Source: Amphiscolops sp. MND2022
Taxonomy: Eukaryota
Assembly (NCBI GenBank): GCA_964187785.1
Contig: OZ076409.1
Span: forward strand, 86,306,001 to 86,370,000
Length of the DNA stretch: 64,000 nucleotides
Reading direction: 5' to 3'
Positions 1 to 15,000 of this stretch are shown in pieces (within the stretch, counting starts at the first letter, position 1; the number at the start of each line of letters is the position of its first letter). The position numbers were made by a program, and so were the translations under genes. The notes beneath the pieces were generated by a model that saw only the letters and a program-made list of their open reading frames with translations, had not been told where the DNA came from and ran no database searches.

Positions 1-29
1 ATCGAAACTCAGAATTTCTTTCAAATTAG

Positions 30-3000
30 GTCGAGTAGAGCGAAAGTTCTGTTGAACCCTGGACTGAAGAAGCCGTTTGTGGAGATCCTAGAAGACTTGG
101 CTGCAGATTTGATCATGTCTGCACCCGCTGCTACCAAACTGTTCACTGCCAAAACCGGAGAACGGGTACCACCTCTTTACCTTCTGGAAACATGATTTCT
201 TTAACAACCTGTTCTGAGTTTAAATGAAATACATAGATAATTATCGACCCTTCAGGGAAATTCGTTGTTGATTTCATCTTATGTCGCCGCTTTATAAAAT
301 AAAACTATGATAATAAGACTATATGTTTTAATCTCAATCATATTTTAAAAAACAAGAGAGGGTAATACTGTATTCGAACGTTTCTCAAAGGTATACAAAT
401 AGAGTATGTTCGCGTAGCTAAGAGTGTTGTGGCAGGTATTTTAATAAGATTACATAATGTTATGTAAGTTAGTCTGACCTCTAGACTCACTCCACATTCC
501 CCCCTTTTGGGTAATATTATAAATAACATAAATGTAACGTCATGTAGGCAAGTTAAATACAACTGTACTTATACAAATAGCATCTGTCAGTGGTGTTTTA
601 TAGTTTTTCTCCTTCACTACCGGTGAATGTTTATGAGGCTTCAGATCCTCTCTGTTCTTCTTTCTGCTTTCTGTTCTATTTCGCAAACTGTCCCGTTAGT
701 CATCTCTACGGTGTTTCCTGCAAATACTAGTATATTGGTATAGTATATTAGTATATTGGTAAAATATTAGTATATTAGCAAATATTAGTTATTGGATTTC
801 CTAATCTAATTATTGGATTAGAGGTTTTGATACGAGTTGATCTTCGAACTTGTACATTATTATTTTCTGGTTCTGCTATTTCCGTTTCTATATTATAGTT
901 ACCATCATTACCGTTGTTGTCGACGATGGTTATGTTGTTAGGCTCCTCGTTTATTGTTTTGATCGCTTGTTGCAGCTGGTCCTCGTTCATGTTTTCCACA
1001 TGCATTTCCAAGTTGCTTTCCCCGGCGTGTTTGGTTTTCTGTTTTTGGGCCGTTTTGACTTTCCTCCTCCAATTTGTATTGGTGCTGCAAAATCAAACTT
1101 ATCATCTAGAGTGTCGATTGATGTACTGCGAGTGCTCAGTTCTTGTTCTTCCGTCTCCTCTATTTTTTCTGGTTCTTCTTCTTCGGTGTCTTCTTCGATT
1201 GGTGGTGATGTCTGTATAGCAAACTTTCCATCCGGTCCTCTCCTGTTTTTCACCGTCGAGATAGGGATTCTGAAATGAAGTTGGTAACCTGTCACTAATT
1301 AATTTTCGAAGTATAATCTTGTTTGTGTCCGTGGTTATTGTGTGCTTTGTTCCCGCTGTGGCTGTTGGTGGTTTTGTTTCGCAATTACTTTCAAACTTGT
1401 TTTTGTTTTGTTTTTTTTTAGGAATTAGTATGGAAATTTGTTACTAACGTCGCATTTCAATTTTCGTGGTGCCTTCATTATCGACTGGTCGTACTCGCTA
1501 TCTCCGTTGTTGATTGACTACACTTGGAGGATTTCCGGTCGTGCTGAAACAATTTCATTCATATCCGTTGGTAAGTTTAAATTGCTTGTTACTTCCGTTC
1601 TTAGCTATCTTCCGTGGTGTCTTTCGAAAGGCGTTTCTTTTATGCTTGAGTGGACCGTCGTGCGCATGACTGTTAGAGATCGGCTTAGCGCTTCGCTTAC
1701 AGTACATTTAAATTCCAGACTTTTTATTAGTCAGTTTTTGTGCCTCGTTCGACTAACCCAATTGCTGTGTGAATATATGGCGTGCCATATACTAGTTTTA
1801 TGTTTAGTTTTTTGCATACTGATCTAAATTCGTTTCCAGTAAAGGCCGTGCCTTTATCCGTTCTGATAGTTTGCGGAATACCATTTAGTAGGATATAATA
1901 ATCCAGAAAAGTTTTTGCAGTTTTCCGGTTGGTGCCTCGCATATACAAGCTGCCGGTCACCTGGAGTATCGGTCGATGGAAATTAGAATAGAGAAACTCC
2001 GCTGTTAAATCCTATTGGACCAATGAAATCCAATTGTTGGATTTCATGGTTTGCTTTATCAGCCGGTGGTAAAAAATTTTCTCTGACATTGGAATTTGTG
2101 GTTTAGCTGACTTACGGTCATTTTGCAGGGGATACATTCATTGAATTTGTTTTGTATCTCCTTTGTTACCTTCGGCCACCAGAATGGCTTTGCTGCTGCG
2201 GACATTTTGTGAAATGCTGGATGTCCCTTGTAGAGTAAAGTAATAATCGTTCATCTCAGCGCCTGGGGAATGATTATGTTGTCGTCGTAGAAAACAACGC
2301 CGAAGCTTGTTGATGAATGTTTTTTGTTTTCTTTGTACTCTTCTGGTATTTGTTAAAAAGTTTTTCTTTCTATGCATAGAAGAATTTTCTATGTTTCCCC
2401 TGCTATTAGGTCTATGGCGAATTTCTGCTCTACTTGGCTGATTGTTTCTTCCAGATCCCATTCGTTGTTGGTGTGTATTTTGCTCGCCTTTCCCATGTTG
2501 ATATATCTGAAAACGGTTGCTCCCAGATATCGTTTAAAGTTATTCGCCGGTAACGCGATTGTGTTTTCCGAACCGGATGACATCGTTTCTGCGTCTTCAA
2601 TTTCCGGTATTTCTAGGTCGGGCTCTCATGTTTCCGTTTGTGGTCTACTTGTTCCTTGTCCGAGCTTGTTTGGTTTTTGCAGATTTCTTATTTTGTCTAT
2701 CACTCTGTGGAATTCTCTCTTCCGTTCAATATCTTTTTGTGTTTCTGTATTCACTAATCCTTCCATTCTCTGCCATTGGAACCTATTTTTTCTTTGCCAT
2801 ATTCCGAGTTCGATTTTCTTTTGTTCTGCTTTTTGTGTTCTCGGGGGGTTATACCGCTTTCACTATTCTTGGGTATAACGGTTTTCGCCGGGTTTCGTTA
2901 TTTCTCTCCATCGGGTAGTCAGTTGTTTCAGTGTTTCTTCAGATGGATCTTGTTTCTCAATCATTTCGATTGTTTTTAGGTCAATTTTTTGTTTCGAGTG

Positions 3001-6000
3001 TATTTATCTTTGTACTGGTAAGTGCGATTTGAATTTTGTTGTGGTAGCAACAAACTGCGATGTTGCTGTTTGTTATCGCTCGTCTGTAGCTTCAGCACGT
3101 GTCTTGAATCTGATTGGGTATTCGTTTGGTGTGCATTGGTTTGGTCCGTTCGCGCTGTGCTTTCTTTCTCATCGGTGATGCTTCTGTGATTGATTGTTTA
3201 TGAACTCGATATGGGTCCCCATAAAGGGATTATGAAATTGATTACGTATTTTACGTCGTAATTTTCAATTGGTTCCGGATTGGAAATTGGATTTCTACTT
3301 TAGTAATCGGTTAAATTCAGGTGCTTTTCTGCAATGCGCTTTTTTTTGAATATCGAAATGCGCTAGTCTGTCCAACCATCTTGTTCATCTCGCGCTGTGT
3401 GTTTTATTCGATCTATTTCTTTTAATTAATGGTTCTAGCGCTTGATGATCGGTCAAAAATTCGACCGGTTTGCCATAAATGTATAGTCGAAAGCGTTCCA
3501 GTCCCACACTACTGCAAGGAGTTCCAATTCATTTATGGCGTCTTTCTTTTCGGTATCCGATAAAAGTCTGCTTGCGAATCCAATTGGTTTTGAAGTTCCG
3601 TCCATCTGTTTCTGCCATAGTGTAGCTCCCAATCCTTTTGTGCTCGCATCCGTTGTTAGAATGTTCTCACTTTTTGAGTTGTAGTGTGCTAAACTTGGTA
3701 ACTGTGTTATCACTTTTTTGAGTTTTTGTGTGTTCGTTTGGCCATATCCACTTATGTTTTTTTGCAACTTTCTTAGTAAATCTGTTTGTGCTACCAGGTT
3801 TTCGATATACTTTCACAGGTAATATTTTGCTCCCAGAAAGGACTTTAATTCTTTTTCGTTTTTTAATATTTCTGTTTATGTTATCGCTTCCAGCTTGTCT
3901 TGTAAAGGTCGTATTGCGTTTTGGTTTTTGTGTCCGATCCATTTGGCTTCTTTTGTGAAAAACTCGCATTTTTCCAATTTCAGTCTGTATCCTGCTTTTT
4001 CCAATTTCTTCATCGTTTTTTTTACCTCCGTTTCATGTTTTTCTGCATTTCCTTTCGGTATATATTATTATATCGTCTACCCAAGCGGGAGGTTTGAATT
4101 CAAGTGTTTTGCCTATCCGTTCCTGATAGATGGTTGGAATGTCTGCCAGTCCGTAAAATCTTTTTGGGAAATGGTAGTATCCGGTGAATTCCCCGCCTGT
4201 GACCATGAATATGCACTAGTTTTTTGTTTACTTATAGTTGTCCGTAGGCGTAATCAAAGTCCAATTTTGCTATCATTATTTCGCCTTCTGTTGCTTCTGA
4301 TATTTTCCGTGATATTCTTGATATCAGTTCTTCAATGCTCGGCATTTGTGCCGTTCATTTGATTCTTGCCTCGTTTAGTGTTCTTGAATCCAATGCGTTT
4401 TCTATTGATTTATCCTTCTTTACCGTTATAACGGCAGGGCTTACGAAGCAATCTCCGGTGATCTCCGTTGCTCTTTCTAGAAATCCGTTCTTTATTATTC
4501 TTTTCGGTTCTTCGGCAACCTGGTCTTGTAGGTGGATTTGTAATGGTCTTCCATTTAGTTGTTTTATGTTCGCGTTTTCGTTTAAGGTAATCTTGACTAC
4601 CATGTCTTTTATTTCCGTGTTGTTATAGAACAAGACTTTGAATTCGTTTTTCAACGTTAGGATTTTCTTTTCGTTCTCGTCCATTCCTATGTTATGTATT
4701 TTGATAGCTTCGAAGCTTGAGTTGATTGTTATTTTTAGCGGTTTCATCCAGTCTAGTCCCATTAGCTGTGTTATAATTGCTATTGTAATCAGTAGTGGTA
4801 GTTGTGATGATGTTCTGTTTGTTTTCACCGTTGCATTAGTTTGTCCAACAAATTCATTCTTGTTATCGTTGACATCTTTGTAATCGGTGTTCATTGTCTC
4901 CACTTTCGTTGTTTTGTTGAATAGATGTTGCGGTATTAGTGTCTCTGAAGAGCACTGTCAATGATGAATTTTATTGGTGCGTTGTAAACCAATAAAGTTA
5001 CGTAGATGTAGTCGCCTTTCTTTTTGTTGTTGTTTATCTTTTGGATTTTGTCGTCATCCCAGTTATCTTCTTCTGCTGATGATGCTGTTCTATCCACATG
5101 TTGTATTCTTTTCGGAATACGACACATCTTTTCGTAGGGTCCTCTCTTATTGCAGTTTCAACACTCCACGGATTTTGCGGGGCATATATGCTGTCTGGTC
5201 CAGTTCGATGCTCCGCATTGTCCACAACTAGCTTTTCCTGGCCATTTTCTCTTCTGTGGCCGTTCTTGTACATGTTTGACGTCATATCCTTCGTTTGATT
5301 TATTTGAATCGTTTAGCTGATCATACATGTATTCGTGTAATAAGTTCGTTATTGTCGCAATTGTCATGTCGCTCTTCCGGATCTTTTTCTGTAGCTCGTA
5401 AACCCCCGTAGATCTTCCAATGAGGAATAAAAACTTTGATGCGACTAGTTCAGCCGGAGTTACTTTATGGAACTCGCAGTTTTTCTCCGTTTGTAGAATC
5501 CTTGTCCAGACTTCACCCGCTGTTTCGTTCGGTTCCCTTGTTGTACCGAAGAAAATGGCTCTGCTATGGAATTTATTTCTTTCGGGTATAAAATGGAGTC
5601 TGAATAGGGCATACAATTGGTTGATATTCATTTTGTTTATCGGTGTCTCTTTCTGTTTTTGTCATTTCGATTACTGCAGCTTCACCCAATGCCCGACTGA
5701 ATATGTCTTTGATCTTTATTTCCAGTTCTTCTCGAAATTCAGGTAATTGTTTTTTCGGTTATCATGTTGTTCAGGTTTATATCTTGGGTCATTTTGACGT
5801 ATTGTGTAAACCTCCTCCACCATAGCTTCGCCTCTTGAACGGTCTTCTTTTCGAAAATCGGTTATGTGATTTTTTATGGGGTTTGTTTCTTCCTTTTCTT
5901 TCGGATTATTCGCTAGAAGAATTTGGTCCTGTCGCCTAGTTCGTGTTAATTTTTGAATCATTTCAAGTCATTCTGACTGCGCCAAGTTGTAATATCAATG

Positions 6001-9000
6001 ATAATAGAAAAATAAGATAGGGTATTACTGTAATCGAACGTTTCTCAAAGGTATACTAATAGAGTATGTTCGCGTAGCTAACAGTGTTGTGGCAGGTACT
6101 TTAATAAGATTACATAAGGTTATGTAATTTAGTCTGACCTCTAGACTCACTCCACACTTTATTAGTGGCTTTCGTTGTTTTCTAGTTGGTGCGTTTTCTT
6201 TTCAAGGAAAAATGCCCGACTAGAGCAGTGACCTTTTTTTCTTCAGACCACAGGCCCTATACTGGTTGGTCCATTTTTTAGAAATATTCTTGGAACCACA
6301 TAAGGCCAAGTCCGGCCAAAAGCAAACTTAGTACCAAGGGTCCCCACTTTCATTTTTTACATTTTCAACGTAACCTACAAATCCAGACGAGCCTAATGCC
6401 TTTCGATTTTTTTCGGCATTGTGAAACCTTTTTTCCGAAGTTTTTTAGTGTCTCAAAAGGGTCCCCTTTTAAGTTTTTTTATATTTTGCAATTGAATGTA
6501 TGTTAATAAATCCCAAAGGGTCCCCCTTTTGAATTTTTCGGCACTATGCGACACTTTCCGAAAGAAACAAATTTTCAAGAATTTCAAACTTTTTTTTCAA
6601 GAAACGTTTTGCGCATTTTGAGCCTTAGATATAGCGCCGACTTTAGAGATTCTCGTCTTGTTTTATTTTTTTCCCAATCCGGTCGAATCCGGTCAGATGT
6701 AAACGGCCCAAGTCGGCGCTATATCTAAGGCTCAAAAATGCAAAAAAAAGTCTCATGGTACTGAAAACCTGTTCCTAGAGCATTACTTTGGAGGCCAATT
6801 TTGTGAAATTTCGGGGAAAAATTGATGATGTTTTACGAGAAATGAAAACGTTATATCCGAACTTTAAAATTGTTGTATCCGAACTTTGAAAACTTTACAT
6901 CCGAGTACTTTTTGGTCCCGTTGAGTTTGTTAGATCATATAAAATACCTTGCAAGCTTGTATGCAAGATGAAAATTTTAGGAAACGTACACCACACAGAA
7001 TGAGATTGTCAGCTGAAAAAAAACTACCCACTGTAATAGTCGGGCTTCTTTCCTTAAGGGAAAAGGCGCCGACTAAAACAACACTTTTCACAGGCGTAAT
7101 TATGCCATCTTTTTTGAGCAATAGGAAATTGAGTTATGAACGAGCTTCCAAACAACAGATTTCCAAGTTGAATTTTTGCCGTAGCAATTATGGAGAAAAT
7201 CGGGAACGACTCAAGTCGGCTCCCCGCTCAAGGTAAAGAAACAAGGAGTTTCGAATATGCTAAGGGACACTATTGTGAAAACTTCATCAAATTGAAAGTG
7301 ACGGAAAATTCCGAAATACGCATAAAGCTCGAAAACCGCTTTTCCCCAACTGAAAACATCAAAAAAAAACATTTTTCTTTGGAAAATTGTCCCAGAGTGC
7401 CGAAAAAGGAGCTTTCAGCTTAGAAAACCGCTTTGTTTTCGACTTTTTACTCAATTCTTCATTGAGTCGCATAGTACTGAAAAAAGTCAAGTGACCCTTT
7501 CTGCTCCCAAATAGCTTTGTTTCTGCTGAAAGTCTAGATTGGGGTTTCGATTTCAAAAAAATCAGTCAAAACGTCACATAAGTCTGAAAACCCCCAAAGG
7601 TGTGACGCGTTCGTCTCCCCTGTACTTTTGCAAGGCTATAAAAATTTCCGTTGGGTGCGAGGCTCGAACCCATGTTCTCCTGCTCCTCAGACCTCGTCTC
7701 AGACCTTTTCAGAAATCCTACTTAACATCTAGGCCAAGTGGTAGTTAGAAGTAACTATGGTAACTAAGTTGGCATAAGCATTGCAATTAGAGGTGAACCG
7801 GACAGGACTGATTGAAGCCGGATACAGGCCGGACCGGACATTATCTTCAATTATAAGGAATGAAGGGTTGTTTTCAGAATTGGGCAATGAGAATTACTAA
7901 ACTATTTCCCTCCGCCATAATTTAATGAATTTTGATTCACAGTCACAAATTCAATTTTTCTATGCCAATACACTTTTTCTAAGTTAGATATTCCGAAATT
8001 TTAACATTATCATTTCAAGATAATATTCGGCCGGACATTTTAAAAAGTCCGGCCGGATACCGGACAGGACATTTTCCTGAAATTCGGCCGGATACCGGAC
8101 CGGACTTGTTGTCCGGTACACCTCTAATTGCAATGCTTACAGAAATCTGTCCGTTCGCCGGTCTTTAAAAATTACTGCTTAGTCGGATTTTTTTTCTTCA
8201 AAAATCGCCGACTAAACAATCAGGCTGATGCAGAATTTTGACCCAGTGGGATGATAGAAATGGTAAAGAAAAGCAGTTGAATTAAAACAAAGAGTACTGA
8301 GGTTTAATTTTTCATCTACTAGCTTTCATTTGCTTAATCTAAATTTGTAAAAACCTTTTGGTTTTAGAAGGGCTTCAATCAGCACTGACTGATCAGCAAT
8401 CAAATGACAAAAAAGTACAGTAAACCCTCGATTATCCGCCACTCGATTATCCGCCACCTTTGGTCAACCGCCACAAGTCTACGGGGACATTTTGCTATAC
8501 CACCCGTGTCTAAGCTCCCTTGATTAACCGCCACTATCACTTATCCGCCATAATTCGCGCTGGACCGATGGTGGCGGATAATCGAGGGTTTACTGTACTA
8601 CAAATGTTCTACAATACACTTGAAAAATGAATAGAACCAAAATGATTCAAAGAGTCCTGCGCTTCAATTTTTGAAATTTTTATTCGAATTACAAAGCTAT
8701 GCGTAGAATTTTGTGGCACTCAGCGAATTTTTACCGAATATTTTTCATATCAAAAAAGTGTTCGACTTCATTTTTTTTCAAAAGCATTTCTCAACGGTTT
8801 GAAGTACTTTGCGCTTTCTGAGTCAAACAAGACGCCGACTTATGCTATTTCCGGCTCGTGAAATCCTACCATAAATAAAAACAAAAATTATTTTCAAGGT
8901 CAACTCATACAAAGACCTGTTTGGGCGGTTCAGATTCCATGACACGTTCATAATCTGTGGCACTGAAAGTTTCAAAGGACGTTTGAATGAGAAGATAAAC

Positions 9001-12000
9001 TTACCACCCACAATATCAGAAGATCCAGTGGGGACAGAAGACCCAAATCAGTTACCCCCTCATGCGAGAAGAACCACTAGAGGGCGATACAACCCCAACA
9101 GAATAAACGACAGTCGCAGAAACACCAATAGGCGACCTCTACGAACAAGTGAACAAACTTTTCATCCATTCCAGTTTTTAAAACGACCCCAATAATGGCA
9201 AAAAATTACAGACTTTTCGCACCATGAAATGAAGATATTTGAAATTACATGTTTTTGTTTGCAAAAGTCATAGAAAAGCAATATATGAGTAAATCTGCAG
9301 GAACCTCCAGCTGAAAATTAGAAAAAAAGACTGGATTGAAATAGGACTTTGTCGAAAATTGAAATTTGAAAAAGTGGCAAGTTTTTTGTCTGACGGCAGA
9401 CATCACACTTAAAAAGAACGTTCCACTTTTTACAGACATTCCACGTAGGATCTCTGGCACTGTGTGAGTTTTTCAAATTTTGTCAATTTCACCAAATTGT
9501 CCCCATTCTGATCTTTGTTCTCAATAGTGAGGTTTCTAAACATTGAATGACATTACAATTTCTGCCAGCACCATTTGATTGGAAATAGTTTAGTTTTTCA
9601 CAAGTATTCGTTTCTAGTTCACAACGACCAACTACCGCCAGCCGACAGATCTAACAGCGCTAGTCCCCTCGATCTGAATCTCAACCTTACAGACACTGGC
9701 TTCAGGGAAGAGATAATAGAACTGCCTCCACATGGGCACAATGCTAACACCTTATCCAGACAGAACAGCGCCAACAAGAAAAAACACCAAACGGTAAGGA
9801 CACTCAATTTCGTTCGTCAAAAAATTTCAGTGAAAAAATCTTTTTTACACCAATTAGCTCACACTGTTGTCGATGGTGGCCCAAACATTCAGATATTGTG
9901 AAAACATTTGTGATCAAACTTTTCAAAACTGCAGTATTTCTTCAGAATGCCCAAAAACATTTTAAATCGAGGAAAGATATTCCAGAACAAAAACTTAACA
10001 GCATACAAATTTTTAGATACGGATTACAATTAGGCCCGAAACTAACTATGCTTTCGGAAAAAAGCTGAATTAATTCTGAGACCGATTAGATAATCTTTCT
10101 CCATTTGAACACTTATAGCGCCAGAGGGGAGGGGGAGAAAACATTGTGCTTGACGGGGAGATGGAACGACGGAGACTTTTCAATGACGACATGCTGCAGG
10201 GGGAGAAAGGGGAGTTGGGTTATACGGCTCCCAACTTCCACGAGGATCCATTTGACCAAGGAGGAGTGAACTATCACCCTGAAAACTCTGACGCGGGTGT
10301 CACTTATGATGTTACGTTGACTGAGATGAAGAAAGAAAAAGATACAATAACAGGTAATGAAACCTGAGGTTACATGAAAAACTAATAACAAAAACACTTT
10401 TTAGAAACCTACGATTCCCTGATTTTAAAGTTGATTTTTTTATCCTTTTAAAACGTCCCGTTTAAAACTCAGAAAGCGCACAGCTGAAAAAGCACGAAGG
10501 AATTGTTTTGAAAATATTTCGAAAAGTCTCAGACTACCGAATAAATAAAAAGAGGGGGCCTTTTGGGCTGTTTTCTTCTCCAATCGGTTGCAAAAAACCA
10601 AAAAAAATCAAGGAGTGCTCCATCTGAAACCAAGTTTCATAAATGCCGTTTCTTCTAGTTTCCTAAAGAGACGTAAAACCCATGCGGCCAAAAGGGGGAC
10701 CCTTTTGATTGCCTTTGAGATTACGTTTTAGATGCACGAATAAACTAAAAAAAATCAAAAAAACAGTGGTGGACAATTCAGCGTGAGACTAGATGAAAAA
10801 GGAACAAATTATGACACATTATAAGGTGTTTTCCTTGTGGGGGAAAACGTTTTTGTGGAAACGCTTCTAGAAAATACCAAAATTAAGTTGCCTCATAATG
10901 CTCTCATAGCCCGTGAACGTTTCCCATTTCTGATTAATACTCAAAGTAATGCAATGGATCATAATTTATTTTCAGTGCAAATCCATGGAAAAGCACGTGA
11001 CTTCACCATGCCCTCACAGTACACACATGATGACGTGCATGAGGTTCTGAACAAGCCTAGTGCCAAGCTGGCCTTGGAATGGGTGTACGGATACAGGGGG
11101 TACGACTCACGCATGAATCTGTACTGTCTGCCCTCGGGGGAGCTTTGTTATTATGTGGGGGCAATCGCTGTCCTCTATGACAGAAAGGTCGAGGTTCAAA
11201 GACATTACACGGGCCACAACCAAGACATAACAAGGTAAGATTAGTGTATTATTTTGATCGTTCATTGTGAAAGTTATTAGGTATTTTGTACACCCTTGTA
11301 GATCAGTTAGTTTTTTGATCGAATTTTTTTGAAATCTTTTGGGGTTTTTGGATAACTTTTATTGATATGGTTGATCAACCAAATCATTTGATGTTGTGAA
11401 TTGAAAACAAATAACTATTCATATACAGACCTCGTTGAAACCTAATCCAAGATAAAATATTAGTAACCAGGAAGCAGCCAGCTTCTTCCATGTTTTTTCC
11501 ATGTTTTTTCATGCTTTTCCCATGCTTGTTCGTAACTGAATTTCTTGACGTTGGAATTCATATTATTTATAGGATTTCTAATAATTTTATTTTCTAGTTT
11601 CATATCAAAGAATGTTGAAATAGTAGAGACTTTGTTATGATATTTCACTTGCATAGTTTGTAAAACTGAAAAAGGAGAGGGAGGTTCTCAAAATCTGGTC
11701 TCAACCTTTGCTCTTAGTTTGAAAATCTAACCTCCATTTCTTTTCAGCATGGCTGTGCACCCTTCAGGCACGCTAATAGCAACTGGACAGAAAAAAGGTT
11801 CCGATAAAGCTAGTTCGGTGAGTCATTTTCCTGTGAAAGAAAGCAGTGAAATTGGCAATTTGTCAAATGTTTATTTTTAGGGACACGTTCGAATATGGGA
11901 CACTGATTCCTTGTCGACACATGCAATATTGGGTCTGAGTCACTACGATAGTTCTGTATCCATACTTGCTTTCTCTCAAAACGTTAGTAATGTTGCAGTC

Positions 12001-15000
12001 TACTTTACAAGTTTACACATCACATTTATTCCTTTTTAATCCCTTTTTCTCACAGAACGAAGGCGAATGGCTTATGAGTGTGGACGGTGGAGAAAATCAC
12101 GTGATGACAATCTGGGATTGGGATAGAGAAACAGTAATTGCAAAAACTAAAGTTCGTGAAAAGCGATTTGATTTTAGGTCAACTAAACTTCGAACTCAAT
12201 TATTAAAGATGTTGGAATTTGTTCCTTTTTCGTTTCAGACAAACCCTAACACAGTGGTTTGTGGGAACTTCAGTCCACTTGATGACAAATCGATAATCAC
12301 AGGAGGCAAACAGCACCTGTACTTCTGGCGAATTATCAATGGCAAAATTTTCAGAGACAAAAAGAGCGGCATTTTCGAAGTGAGTAATTTTTAGTTCCAG
12401 GAAAAACAAAGATAAAAAGAACAAAAAACATGAAACTTTCGTTAACATTATCTACATTATCCGCTCTTCAAAAACAATTCTCTTTGAATTCAAACATCAA
12501 AAACTTGCATGTTTCAAAAAATATGCATGTTCCAATTGTGAATTCAACAAAAAGTCGTTTCCGGAAATAGTCTGGAAATGGTTTGAGCTACATGTGAGAA
12601 AACAAAACAACCTCACGCTATGAATATAGAATTAATTTGGCAAAACCGTTTTTACACTCAACCAGTGAATTGGGTTCCACCAAAAAACGTACTTATTGCT
12701 TGTTGCGCTTGTGACTGGAAGAAAACTTTGGTCCAGAGAATAGAAGATTTCAAACCACAAGAGACAAATCTTTCAACTGTCCTGGTGTCAGGTGAGCCGC
12801 CAAGTACAAAAAAAATGTCACTGAAAGAGTTCGGCACTTTTTGTTACTAAAATAGCCAAAATTTCCGACCAATCAGCTAAGCGCGCTTCAATCGTCGCTT
12901 TCGCTTTCGGCGCTTATTCGGATATTACTTCGCTTTCTCTTCTTTCGCTCTTTCCCTTTTAAGCGACCTAATTCAGTGCATTGAAAGAATGAGTGTACAT
13001 AGGATGAGATTCCACACTACATCACGTGCCTCACTTTCAACCTGGAGGGCGAGCCAATCACAGGCGACTCTAGTGGCAACGTCATAGTGTGGGGCATGGA
13101 TGCGCGCAACATCTACTTCGTCAAGTACACCATCTTGAGGGCGCATGACAAGAGTGTGTTCACGCTGTGTCACCTCCCGGATGGTACTCTGCTCTCGGGA
13201 GGCGGAATGGACAGGCGGATCATCGCGTGGGACGGGTCACAGCAATACAAATCAGCCAAGGCTGGCAGACAAGTAAGGACTGAAGCTGTGACTAGAGGAT
13301 TAGAAGCAGAAAACTTCAGGAATTTTAAGAATGTTCACCATGGTAAAAACGTAGAAAAACTCGCAAGAAAGGGCTTATTTATTTCGAAATTATCTTCGGA
13401 CCATGAAAACTTCAAAAAAAAACAGAACTAATCAGAAACGACAAATAGAACAGCATGAATCACGCGTTTAAAAAATTCACGTTGATTCAATCTCTATAAG
13501 CCAAACTTCATCAAACATGTGTGATCTGAAACTTGAATATCGAAAAAAATCATTTTGCAAAGCTCCCGGAAGCAGTTGGTGGTGTGCGAATGTTGGCGAC
13601 TTCACCGCATGGGGGACTGGACGGACAACTATTCGTAGGGACAACAAAAAATGTCATAATCGAAGGAACTCTACAACACAAATTCACCTCAATCGTTCAA
13701 GTTAGTTATCTTCTTGGCTCATTTTGAAAGTGCAAAGATTTTTATGTAAATGAATAATTGTACAACTTTTTCCAGGGACACTTTCAAGAGGTTTGGGCCC
13801 TGGCGACACATCCAACTGAAGAGTTTTTTGCAACCGCTGGGTTTGATCAACAAATCTGCATGTGGAACTCTCTATCTCACAAACTTCAGTGGAAAGTGTT
13901 CACAGAAGTAAGAAAGTGTCCAGAAGATGTTTTGCACCTTATGTCTCAATGCAAATGAATGACATTGTCGTCGCTATGTATGCTTTAAGCTTTCAAATAA
14001 TTACTTACTTTAAAATTTAGATCGTTCCTTGACTATGCGCTCTAGACCCAACCATTCAAGCGTAGGCGCGAAGCGCTGTTGTGTAGAAATTTCAACAAAA
14101 ACTGTTAAAATCGTTTGAGCAAAATGCAACTTAACCTTAACTTGGACAATGTGCCAAATTTGGCACATTTATTTTCTGCAAAATCTAAACGCACCAGCTG
14201 ATTGTATGGTAAAGCAAACTCTTGAATAAGATTTTCAGACAATATTGCATAGCATTCGGCGCCTTTTCACGGAATATTGACGTGATGTCTCCGAAATCCA
14301 GAAAATGAGACAAAAAATATAAAAAAAATTGCAGATTTTCTATTTTCCCAGTTTTCGTTTCTGGCCCTTTTAACCCACTGGTGTCAACATTGTGTCAAAG
14401 CGGCCTCAGAATGCTTTGAAACATGCTGAAAAGCAAGCAGAGACACGACGCGTGCTAAGTTTTGGCGCAAAGTCCGGAGCCAGTGCGGCGAAGCCGCACA
14501 CCAGCGGAGGACATCGCGCAAAAATATTTGTACGCAAGAGGCCCGCGCTAGCGGGCCCCCAGCCCAGCAGTTTAGAAATTGATTTGAAAGCCCTGATGCT
14601 CCTCTTTCGAAAGCGCTATGAATGGTTTGTCGAACTTGATTAGTTTAGGAGATATTGCGGTTTAAAGTTGAAGCACCCGATTTTTAGATGGAACAAGAAT
14701 TTTCCTGGCCAACTTAAGGTTAAAGAAAACCTCGTCTCCACATGTTTTCTTGTCGATAGTTTCCTCTTTTGCATTTGTCGAATTTTTGATTTATCATATG
14801 AACGGTGCTCTTAGGTTTCCGATTTCTATTACGAGGTTGTTTGAGCTTATTCTGGATGCTTCTCTTGTCACAGATTCTGAGGCTTGATCGTCGGTTATCA
14901 ATTCGACCGGTCTTCCGTAAATAAGTTGAACAATTCTTCCATCTTCGGCATTTGGGTTTTTCCATTGTTATTTTCCATGAAATTCTGAAATCTACAGTGA

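Larger units (their letters stand above)
324..6156 (-). mobile_element. Decayed Ty3/Gypsy LTR retrotransposon in an intron of the DCX-EMAP gene
   Basis: Two ~170-bp TG..CA direct repeats (324-496, 5988-6156); PPT (minus AAAAGGGGGGAA) at 497-508; PBS-like TGGCGCAGTCA at 5974-5984; flanks CTATA/CTTTA, a probable 5-bp TSD with one mismatch. Confidence 0.9.

Noticed and set aside
727..790. Short TAGTATAT(TGG) tandem repeats
   Set aside because: Simple slippage repeats in the 3' UTR of the decayed element; no sign of function.
850..5825. Many + strand ORFs rich in F/L/V/S
   Set aside because: Antisense shadows of the A-rich minus-strand gag-pol; the same applies to + ORFs over 20339-37688 and 60093-63826.
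14030..14575. GC-rich short hairpins (GGCCCGC-GCTA-GCGGGCC) suggesting a Helitron 3' end
   Set aside because: No CTRR terminus at the expected distance and no definable 5' end; probably an old repeat that cannot be classified.
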